24,000 bases of DNA, from positions 63,220 to 87,219 of the forward strand of contig SHMW01000003.1 of NCBI GenBank assembly GCA_008080735.1, read 5' to 3'. Under the pieces are notes generated by a model that saw nothing but the letters and a program-made list of their open reading frames with translations, was not told the DNA's origin and did not search any database. Source of the stretch: Promethearchaeota archaeon. Its GTDB lineage: Archaea; Asgardarchaeota; Lokiarchaeia; Sigyniarchaeales; SOKP01. Positions 7,926 to 15,141 of the stretch are shown piece after piece. The first letter of the stretch is position 1. Every line of letters starts with the position of its first letter. The position numbers and the translations under genes are program-made.

Positions 7926-9191
7926 ATGAGCATGAACGATAAACCAGAGAGTTTAGATCCATTTAAAATTTCTCAAAAACAACTCGCACAGGCTCTGGAC
8001 ATTATTGGCTATGATAACTCAATTTATGGTACATTAAGTGAACCAGAGCGCTTTATAGAGATAAAAATTACTTCCAAAATGGATGATGGCTCAATTAAAA
8101 CCTTTAGAGGGTTTAGAAGTCAATATAATTCTGCTAGAGGCCCAATGAAAGGAGGAATCCGATGGCATCCTGATGAGAGTGCCTCATTAGTTAAAGCTTT
8201 ATCTGCATGGATGACATGGAAAACAGCATGTGTTGATATTCCTCTGGGTGGTGCGAAGGGAGGTATAATATGTGATCCCAAAAAATTATCTCAAAATGAA
8301 ATAGAGAAATTAGCAAGAACATATATAAGAAAACTTGCTGAAAACTTGGGTCCAAGTACTGATATCCCCGCTCCTGATGTTTATACGAACCCTCAAATCA
8401 TGGCTTACATGCTTGACGAATATGAGACAATCTATCGAAAGCATAGTCCATCAATGATTACTGGGAAACCTCTTCCTTTAGGTGGTTCTGCAGGACGTTC
8501 TATTGCTACTGCTAAAGGAGGTACCTTTTGCATACGGGAAGCAGCTAAAGATATGGGAATTGATCTAAACGGGGCAAAAGTGGTGATACAAGGGTATGGT
8601 AATGCTGGTCACCATGTTGCTCGGTTGCTTCAGAATGAATTTAATTCCAGAATTATAGCAATTTCAGATACTGGAGGTGCTATACATAATTCTAATGGAA
8701 TCGATGCTATGAAAGCATATGAGCACAAAAAGCAAACTGGGTCTGTTGTTGAATTGGATCATACTGAAGGGATTTCTAACAAAGGATTGCTACGATTAGA
8801 TTGTGATATTCTGATTCCTGCTGCAATTGAGAATGTAATTACTCGAGAAAATTCAAATGATATAAAGGCTAAAATCGTAGCGGAACTTGCGAACGGACCA
8901 ACCACACCAAAAGCAGATCAAATCTTGTTTGATAACAATGTATTTGTAATTCCCGACTTTTTATGTAATGCTGGAGGTGTAACAGTTTCCTATTTCGAGA
9001 TGGTACAAGGCTATTATCGCTATTTTTGGACGGAAAAGGAAGTATTTAATGCCTTAGATAAAATTATGACACGAGCATATAGAAGCACCGTTCAGACTGC
9101 GCAAGAATACGATACCAATAATAGAATGGGCGCATATATTATTAGCATCAGACGAGTAGTTGAGGCAATGGAACTAAGAGGATGGATATAA
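7926..9191 (+). CDS. gdhA: Glutamate dehydrogenase
   Basis: The 421-aa ORF belongs to the Glu/Leu/Phe/Val dehydrogenase family. It has the catalytic-lysine motif IPLGGAKGG and the Rossmann motif QGYGNAG. The length is typical of hexameric GDH. Confidence 0.95.
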   Translation: MSMNDKPESLDPFKISQKQLAQALDIIGYDNSIYGTLSEPERFIEIKITSKMDDGSIKTFRGFRSQYNSARGPMKGGIRWHPDESASLVKALSAWMTWKTACVDIPLGGAKGGIICDPKKLSQNEIEKLARTYIRKLAENLGPSTDIPAPDVYTNPQIMAYMLDEYETIYRKHSPSMITGKPLPLGGSAGRSIATAKGGTFCIREAAKDMGIDLNGAKVVIQGYGNAGHHVARLLQNEFNSRIIAISDTGGAIHNSNGIDAMKAYEHKKQTGSVVELDHTEGISNKGLLRLDCDILIPAAIENVITRENSNDIKAKIVAELANGPTTPKADQILFDNNVFVIPDFLCNAGGVTVSYFEMVQGYYRYFWTEKEVFNALDKIMTRAYRSTVQTAQEYDTNNRMGAYIISIRRVVEAMELRGWI

Positions 9192-9200
9192 TTCCTCAAA

Positions 9201-9245
9201 TTTTCTTTTTTCTAATCCTTTTTGAGCTTCTTTTTATGATTTTTG
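9201..9245 (+). terminator. Oligo-T terminator region after gdhA
   Basis: Several T4-T6 runs (TTTTCTTTTTT, CTTTTT, CTTTTT, TTTT) begin 10 nt after the stop codon. Confidence 0.4.
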
Positions 9246-9341
9246 AACATATAGGAAAAGCTTAATATTTAAGACAACCAAATAATTTTTATATTAATCA
9301 AAAATATTATATCTACCTTAAAAAAAGGGTGAAATGAAAAT

Positions 9342-10109
9342 ATGGATGAAATATTTTTTATTTCGGTAGTTTTTACTGTGGTTTTTATTTTCATTGTAAT
9401 AATATGCTTAATCGGAAAAAGCGTTAAAACAGTGACTGAATACAAGCGTCTAATTGTGTTTCGGTTTGGGAAATACAGAAGAACAGTTGGTCCTGGGATC
9501 GTGTTTATTTTGCCGCTTATTGAAGTCTCTGAAGAAGTTGATCTTCGTATAAAAACCTTAGATATTGCTCGTCAGGAAATTATTACCAAAGATAATATCC
9601 CCATAACCATAGATACATCGGTTTTTTATAAAGTAATTAATCCGGAATATGCAAAAACAAAGATAGAGAATTTTATGCGAGCTGTCTTGAATTATACCCA
9701 AGGTGCTCTTAGGGATGTTATTGGGAACATGGAGTTGGATGAAGTCTTGACTCAGAGAGAAAGAATATCAAGTGAAATAAGAAAAGTGGTAGATGAGGAA
9801 ACAAGAGAATGGGGGGTTCAAATTACCCAAATCAAAATCCAGCAAATCGAACTTCCAGAAAATATGAAACGCGCGATGGCAGTACAAGCTGAAAAAGAAA
9901 GAGAAAAAAGAGCCTCTATCATCGCATCGGAAGGTGAATTAGAAGCATCCAAAAATATCGCAGAAGCAGGAAGGATTTTATCAGAGACTCCCTCTGCCAT
10001 TCAACTTCGAACGCTCCAAACGATCCAAGACATTTCTCAGGAACCTTCTCAAAAAATCGTTATCTTTCTCCCAACAGATCTCGGAAACCTTTTGGACAAA
10101 CTTAAGTAA
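9342..10109 (+). CDS. SPFH/band-7 (stomatin/prohibitin-like) membrane protein
   Basis: An N-terminal TM helix (FFISVVFTVVFIFIVIICLI) is followed by an SPFH-domain pattern (VTEYKRLIVFRFGKY...GPGIVFILPLIE...). A coiled-coil segment follows (AMAVQAEKEREKRASIIASEGE). GGGTGA lies 9 nt upstream of the ATG. Confidence 0.9.
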   Translation: MDEIFFISVVFTVVFIFIVIICLIGKSVKTVTEYKRLIVFRFGKYRRTVGPGIVFILPLIEVSEEVDLRIKTLDIARQEIITKDNIPITIDTSVFYKVINPEYAKTKIENFMRAVLNYTQGALRDVIGNMELDEVLTQRERISSEIRKVVDEETREWGVQITQIKIQQIELPENMKRAMAVQAEKEREKRASIIASEGELEASKNIAEAGRILSETPSAIQLRTLQTIQDISQEPSQKIVIFLPTDLGNLLDKLK

Positions 10110-10128
10110 GAGAACATTATCATTCAAA

Positions 10129-10150
10129 TTCTTTTTTATTTTTTTATCTT
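10129..10150 (+). terminator. Oligo-T terminator after the SPFH gene
   Basis: TTCTTTTTTATTTTTTTATCTT begins 20 nt after the stop codon. Confidence 0.4.
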
Positions 10151-10235
10151 ATAGCAAAAAATTAATAATCTCACATTCTATGTGAATTATTAATAGTCGA
10201 TTTCTATCTCATAAACTCCTACAATGTGAAATCTA

Positions 10236-11240
10236 ATGGAAAGTGTAGTTAATAAAACGGTTAAAAACCTTAAATTTGCATTCTTACATGAATCGCAAAT
10301 TCGATGTTTGTATGAAATTTTCGCGCAGAGAGCTTCCAAAGAGGGTTACAACCTTATTTCCAATTTTTTCGAGGATATGGCATCCAACAAACAACAAAAT
10401 ACATATTGGAATTATATGATGCTACAAAAGATTGCTATCAAGAGTGATATTGAAGAATCATCCGTCAAATTCGAAGATATCCCCTCAATCGGGAATACCT
10501 CACAAAATCTAATGACCGCGATGAAAATTGAAGATTATGAATGGAGAGTAATGTATAAAGATTATGCCGAAGAGGCTCTTCGAGAAAGATATGAGGAAAT
10601 TGCCTCCAGATTTCAAACTATCTCAGAGAGGGAACGCAAATTTTTTGAACGATTTAAGATTTTTTCGGAATTATTTGATGAGAATAAGTTGATTAGAAAT
10701 GAGAGTGTAGTGGTCTGGGAATGTCAAGGATGTGGGTTTCAAATCCATAAAGAAAGCCTACCCGATGATTGGATTTGTCCTTCTTGTGGTCATATGAAAC
10801 CCTATTTCCAGAAAAAGTTTCTCAATATTGACCAAGGTTCAACAGATATATGGATTTGCATGGAATGCGGGGAGGAGGTCTATATGAAAAGTCTACCAGA
10901 AGACTTCAAATGTCCAAATTGCGGTAAATCGAGTGAATATTTTCGGAGGAAAAAAGCAGAAAACATATCCGATGATATCTTTAGTGTTTCTGAAACGATT
11001 TGGGAATGTATGGAATGTGGAAATGAGGTGAGGATGAGCGAAATCCCAGAGAATTGGAGATGTATCTCATGCGGCAAATCGAAATCTTATTTTAAGAGAA
11101 AATCGGGAAAAGCAGATACAACAAAGTATGCTTTTAAACAACGAGAAAAAGCCATTTGGTATTGTCCCATATGTGGAAGAGAAGTTGAAATTGAGCTCCC
11201 TGAAGATTGGAATTGCCCTTATTGCGGCTCGAAGGGTTAA
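10236..11240 (+). CDS. Rubrerythrin-like four-helix-bundle protein with four C-terminal rubredoxin-type zinc/iron ribbons
   Basis: The N-terminus matches the rubrerythrin pattern (NLKFAFLHESQ...YEIFAQRASKEGY...; IEDYEW = ExxE). Four CxxC-x12-13-CxxC modules follow. See the repeat feature and the finding on this gene. Confidence 0.8.
   Translation: MESVVNKTVKNLKFAFLHESQIRCLYEIFAQRASKEGYNLISNFFEDMASNKQQNTYWNYMMLQKIAIKSDIEESSVKFEDIPSIGNTSQNLMTAMKIEDYEWRVMYKDYAEEALRERYEEIASRFQTISERERKFFERFKIFSELFDENKLIRNESVVVWECQGCGFQIHKESLPDDWICPSCGHMKPYFQKKFLNIDQGSTDIWICMECGEEVYMKSLPEDFKCPNCGKSSEYFRRKKAENISDDIFSVSETIWECMECGNEVRMSEIPENWRCISCGKSKSYFKRKSGKADTTKYAFKQREKAIWYCPICGREVEIELPEDWNCPYCGSKG
10716..11237 (+). 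repeat. Four tandem intragenic rubredoxin-like CxxC...CxxC modules (about 34 aa each, starting at nt 10716, 10851, 11001 and 11157)
   Basis: The four modules are WECQGCGFQIHKESLPDDWICPSCGHMKPYFQKK, WICMECGEEVYMKSLPEDFKCPNCGKSSEYFRRK, WECMECGNEVRMSEIPENWRCISCGKSKSYFKRK and WYCPICGREVEIELPEDWNCPYCGSKG. Modules 2 and 3 are the most alike (about 56% aa identity by my count). Confidence 0.85.
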
Positions 11241-11307
11241 TGTGCGGTTTTTGAATTATGATTTATTATGTAATTAATTTTTAATTTTTGTATTAATTGA
11301 AAAAAGT

Positions 11308-12504
11308 ATGCCTTTTGAAAAAGAAATCGAAACCGCTAAGAACCATTTCGAAAAAATACTTCAAGAGCAATTAGAACGAGTTGAACATTTAAAACAAGAG
11401 GGAGATTGGATCGATTATTCGGAATTGGCACCTATCATTATAGGGATCATCGGGGGAGATGGAATCGGTCCAGAAATCTCACGACACGCAAGATCCGTGC
11501 TTGAATTTCTTTTAGCAGATGAAATTCGGGAACATAAAGTGGAATTAAGAGACATTGAAGGACTAACCATCGAAAATCGTGCAAAATTAATGCAACCCGT
11601 TCCAGATGACGTTTTAGAAGAGATTAAGAGATGTCATGTGTTATTAAAAGGACCAACTACAACCCCACGCAAGGGAGATAAATGGCCGAATATTGAAAGT
11701 GCAAATGTCGCACTACGCCGAAAATTGGACCTCTTTGCCAATATACGCCCTGTGAAAGTTCCAGAAAAAAATATTGATTGGACATTTTTTAGAGAAAATA
11801 CGGAAGGTGCCTATGTCTTAGGTTCAAAAGGACTCAACATAACGGAAGATTTAGCCATAGATTTCAAAGCAATAACTACTCAAGGAGCAGAACGTATTAT
11901 TCGTCTGGCTTTCGATTACGCCAAAAAAAATAATATTAACAGAGTAACCGTTGTTACAAAAGCAAATGTGGTAAAAGCGTCTGATGGAAAGTTTTTAGCC
12001 ATCGCGGAAAAGGTTGCAAGCGAGTATCCCGAGGTTAAGTGGGATGATTGGTATATTGATATCATGACAGCAAAACTGATCGATCCTTCCCGTCAGAGCC
12101 AGTTTAAAGTATTTGTTGCCCCAAACCTTTACGGCGATATTATTACAGATGAAGCCGCTCAAATGCAAGGGGGAGTAGGAACGGCAGGCAGCGTGAATCT
12201 TGGGAAACGATATGCTATGTTCGAGGCTATCCACGGGTCTGCTCTGCGTATGGTCGAAGAAGGGCGGACTAAATATGCCGACCCGTCTAGTCTCTTAAGG
12301 GCGGTCGTAATGATGTTAGATCATATCGGATTTAATTCGAAAGCAATTCACCTTGATATGGCTCTTGATATTTGTGGGATATATGAAAAAAAAATATTTC
12401 CTACAGGGCGCTCGAATGGTGCAACTGGAGAAGAATTCGCGCAATATATTATGGAAACATTACAAGATCCTAATCTGGAGCAACAATGGCAATCTTTTCA
12501 GTAA
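11308..12504 (+). CDS. Isocitrate/isopropylmalate dehydrogenase family protein (probable isocitrate or homoisocitrate dehydrogenase)
   Basis: The N-terminal GGDGIGPEI motif is present. KGPTTTP...ESANVALRRKLDLFANIRPV is IDH-type rather than the GAVGGP LeuB type. RENTEGAY, the TKANV lysine and the metal-binding NLYGDIITDEAA are all present. Confidence 0.8.
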   Translation: MPFEKEIETAKNHFEKILQEQLERVEHLKQEGDWIDYSELAPIIIGIIGGDGIGPEISRHARSVLEFLLADEIREHKVELRDIEGLTIENRAKLMQPVPDDVLEEIKRCHVLLKGPTTTPRKGDKWPNIESANVALRRKLDLFANIRPVKVPEKNIDWTFFRENTEGAYVLGSKGLNITEDLAIDFKAITTQGAERIIRLAFDYAKKNNINRVTVVTKANVVKASDGKFLAIAEKVASEYPEVKWDDWYIDIMTAKLIDPSRQSQFKVFVAPNLYGDIITDEAAQMQGGVGTAGSVNLGKRYAMFEAIHGSALRMVEEGRTKYADPSSLLRAVVMMLDHIGFNSKAIHLDMALDICGIYEKKIFPTGRSNGATGEEFAQYIMETLQDPNLEQQWQSFQ

Positions 12505-12749
12505 TATCTCTTTCATTTTTGTACATTCTCACGCTTCAATCGCAAATAGTAACATTTTAGTCTTATCTACTTCAAATGAATCAACTTCTTTATATTAATT
12601 TTGGACATTTTTAGCCACCTTTGAAGGATTCTTTTTCGCAGACTAATTAAATTTGCTATTCTGTCTACGTCTCTTCTTAACTCGTTAGATTTATTAAACG
12701 TTATTTATTAATGTTCTTAATCAAGAATAGCTTCTTATTCCAATAAGTT

Positions 12750-14057
12750 ATGAATATACCAATTTTGATTTTTGCATTTATTGTTTTCGCAATCATCATT
12801 ATTAGCTATTCATTCGAGAAACTTGATTTTGTGGCCATTTCCTTGCTTTTTAGTTTCATCGCAGCGACCGTTACAGGGGTGGTCTTGGGAATAGGAATAA
12901 ATACGTTTGTAGGCCATATTGAGTTTGAAGCGATTATAATCATCCTTAGTATGAGTGTGATCACTAAAATTGCCGAGGATTCCGCAATTCTAGAATATCT
13001 CGCCGTGAAATTGTTTAAAATCTCGAGGGGAAACCAGCGCGTATTTTTCTATTTCATCTGCATTATCACCACGCTCCTGGCGGCAATCATTACCGATGTC
13101 GTCGTTGTCTTAATAATCGCACCAGTCGTGATTCGACTCTGCCATTTTTTAAAAATTAGGTCTGGTACATATCTGATGGGTATGACGATCTCGATAAACA
13201 TTGGCTCTATTATTACTCCCTTCAGCTCGGGAGAGAACATCATCATCTCCACTGCATTTGGACTCGACACCCTCTATTTCCTACAGAACTATTGGATTTT
13301 CGCGTTTCTATTGTTGTTCCTTACGGTCTATTTACTGGATAAATTTTATCTCAGCAAGGAGCCGAAAATCGAGGAGCAACAAAAACGATTTGTGATTGAA
13401 CTTATAGATAGCGATGTAATGATTAAAAATAAAACGATGTTTTTTGTAAATGCGGTCGGTATTATTATCACGATTGCTTTATTTGCTATTTTGCCCGCTC
13501 TATATCTTACCGCGTTGATTGCAGCAATGATACTGGCTCTTATAAACAAAAAGTTTACCAAAAAATCTATGAGTGAGCTTTTACGGGATGTGGAATGGGA
13601 GATTATCTTCTTTTTCATATCGCTTTATCTCGTCGTGGGCTGTCTCTTAGAGGCAGGATTTCGAGAGATCTTCGTCGCAATTCCCTTTAATGTATTGCAC
13701 CCAATTTTATTGAGCTTTATTCTTCTAATTGTTGTTAGTGTGATGAGCGGGGCTGTTGCGAATACTCCTACTGCGTTGATCTTTATTCCGATTGTCCAAA
13801 CTCTCACCGATACTTTTGGATTTGCCCCACTTCCCCTATACTTCGCCTTCATCATTGGGATCAACCTGGGAGGTAACTTTCTTGTCCAAGGAGCCGCCTG
13901 TGATATGATGACGCTCAAGATCGCACAAGACTCCGGAGTCGCAAATCTTGACTATAAACGGTTGGCAAAGAATGGTGCGTTATTCGCATTAATCCATATC
14001 GGAGCATCAACAATATATTTATTGGGAATTTCCCTTATTACAATGCTTATAGGATGA
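12750..14057 (+). CDS. Ion-transporter-superfamily permease (ArsB/NhaD/CitMHS-like), paralogue A
   Basis: The 435-aa polytopic protein has two hydrophobic halves separated by a charged loop (KEPKIEEQQKRFVIELID). Re-entrant-loop-like motifs occur in each half (GSIITPFSSGENIII and AVANTPTALIF). The family call is by pattern only. Confidence 0.7.
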   Translation: MNIPILIFAFIVFAIIIISYSFEKLDFVAISLLFSFIAATVTGVVLGIGINTFVGHIEFEAIIIILSMSVITKIAEDSAILEYLAVKLFKISRGNQRVFFYFICIITTLLAAIITDVVVVLIIAPVVIRLCHFLKIRSGTYLMGMTISINIGSIITPFSSGENIIISTAFGLDTLYFLQNYWIFAFLLLFLTVYLLDKFYLSKEPKIEEQQKRFVIELIDSDVMIKNKTMFFVNAVGIIITIALFAILPALYLTALIAAMILALINKKFTKKSMSELLRDVEWEIIFFFISLYLVVGCLLEAGFREIFVAIPFNVLHPILLSFILLIVVSVMSGAVANTPTALIFIPIVQTLTDTFGFAPLPLYFAFIIGINLGGNFLVQGAACDMMTLKIAQDSGVANLDYKRLAKNGALFALIHIGASTIYLLGISLITMLIG

Positions 14058-14303
14058 GTTTCTTTTTCAATGTATGGTATACTCAAAATTTATTCTATCC
14101 TAATAGATAGTTTCTTTGATTAGTACAATCCAAATCCTATTTTTAGATAATATTTTAGAAAATAACTTACAAAATTGTTATCTTTTAAAAGTAAAATGCG
14201 ATATTGGCTATATGATATTACCCTACCCATTAAAAGGATCATTTAATATAATAGCTATTGAGAAATCTAAATTCAAATTTAAATAAAATGGAGGCGAAAT
14301 AAT

Positions 14304-15113
14304 GTGCCAAGAAAATTGGTAAATGGGGCAGAACTTTATTACGAAATTCATGGGGATGGAGAGCCTATTGTAATGATCATGGGTTTAAGTGCAAACATTG
14401 ATTGGTGGACACCGGAATTTTTAGAAGAATTAGAAAGGAGATATAAGACTATCCTCTTCGACAATCGGGACGCCGGACGTTCTGATAATGTGGAAAAGAA
14501 ATATCAAATTGAAGACCTAGCGAAGGATACAATAAAGCTTATGGATCAATTGGATATCGATAGAGCCCATATTTTAGGAATAAGTATGGGTGGAATGGTC
14601 GCACAAGAAATTGCTTTGAATTACCCAGAACGAGTAAAAAAATTGGTCCTTGCGTCTACAAATTTGGGTAATCCAAAATCGATTCTTCCCTCTGGAAAAG
14701 TCCTAAATATGCTCATGAAAGATAGAGAGGGTCGTTCGAATGAAGAAATAATTGATGAGTTTATCTCACTTCTTTTTGCGAATGACTTTATCGACGAAAA
14801 TCCAGAGTTTATCAAAAAAACCAAAAAGAGGATGATGAAGGCACCCATCAAACCCGATGCTTATCAGAGACAATTAAATGCCATTTTGAAGTTTAAAACG
14901 GGGCGGAGGCTTAAAGGATTAAACATACCAACATTGGTTATTCATGGAAAGAAAGATATTTTATTACCCCCCGAAAACGGTGAAATTATCGCAGATCTGA
15001 TTCCAAATGCGAATTTAAAACTTTTTGAGGGAGCAGGGCATAGCTTGTTTTCCCATATTCCTAAAAAGACCTCGAAGACTATAATTGAGTACTTAGAAAA
15101 TCATAACAACTAA
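14304..15113 (+). CDS. Alpha/beta-fold hydrolase
   Basis: The GTG start is preceded by GGAGG at a 9-nt spacing. The nucleophile elbow GISMGG (GxSxG) is present. The N-terminal pattern GAELYYEIHGDGEPIVMIMGL and the C-terminal catalytic His context EGAGHSLF also fit. Confidence 0.85.
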   Translation: MPRKLVNGAELYYEIHGDGEPIVMIMGLSANIDWWTPEFLEELERRYKTILFDNRDAGRSDNVEKKYQIEDLAKDTIKLMDQLDIDRAHILGISMGGMVAQEIALNYPERVKKLVLASTNLGNPKSILPSGKVLNMLMKDREGRSNEEIIDEFISLLFANDFIDENPEFIKKTKKRMMKAPIKPDAYQRQLNAILKFKTGRRLKGLNIPTLVIHGKKDILLPPENGEIIADLIPNANLKLFEGAGHSLFSHIPKKTSKTIIEYLENHNN

Positions 15114-15128
15114 TTGGAAGGAACGATT

Positions 15129-15140
15129 AAAAAAAAAAAA
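15129..15140 (-). terminator. T12 run immediately after the stop of the TM-EEP gene (minus strand)
   Basis: A12 on the + strand directly abuts the TAA (15142-15144, minus strand). It sits in the 28-nt convergent gap with the hydrolase gene. Confidence 0.5.
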
Positions 15141-15141
15141 T

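Noticed and set aside
9342-10109. Looked for an NfeD partner gene next to the SPFH gene
   Set aside because: Neither flank has a candidate ORF. The SPFH gene has its own TATA-like and terminator signals, so there is nothing to report.
9818-12598. ORFs 9818-10000 (-), 10880-11077 (-), 11995-12234 (-) and 12353-12598 (+)
   Set aside because: The first three are antisense to supported CDSs. The last is an out-of-frame overlap of the dehydrogenase 3' end that runs into the terminator region.
13049-13918. ORFs 13049-13270 (-), 13201-13395 (+), 13346-13618 (-) and 13625-13918 (-) within permease A
   Set aside because: They are shadow or out-of-frame ORFs inside a long, paralogue-supported membrane-protein CDS.
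14205-14270. TATGATA ... ATTGA with GGCTAT/ATAGCT partial complementarity upstream of the hydrolase gene, considered as a second C/D sRNA
   Set aside because: Both boxes are degenerate. The complementary segment lies before rather than after the putative D box, so no terminal stem can close a k-turn.
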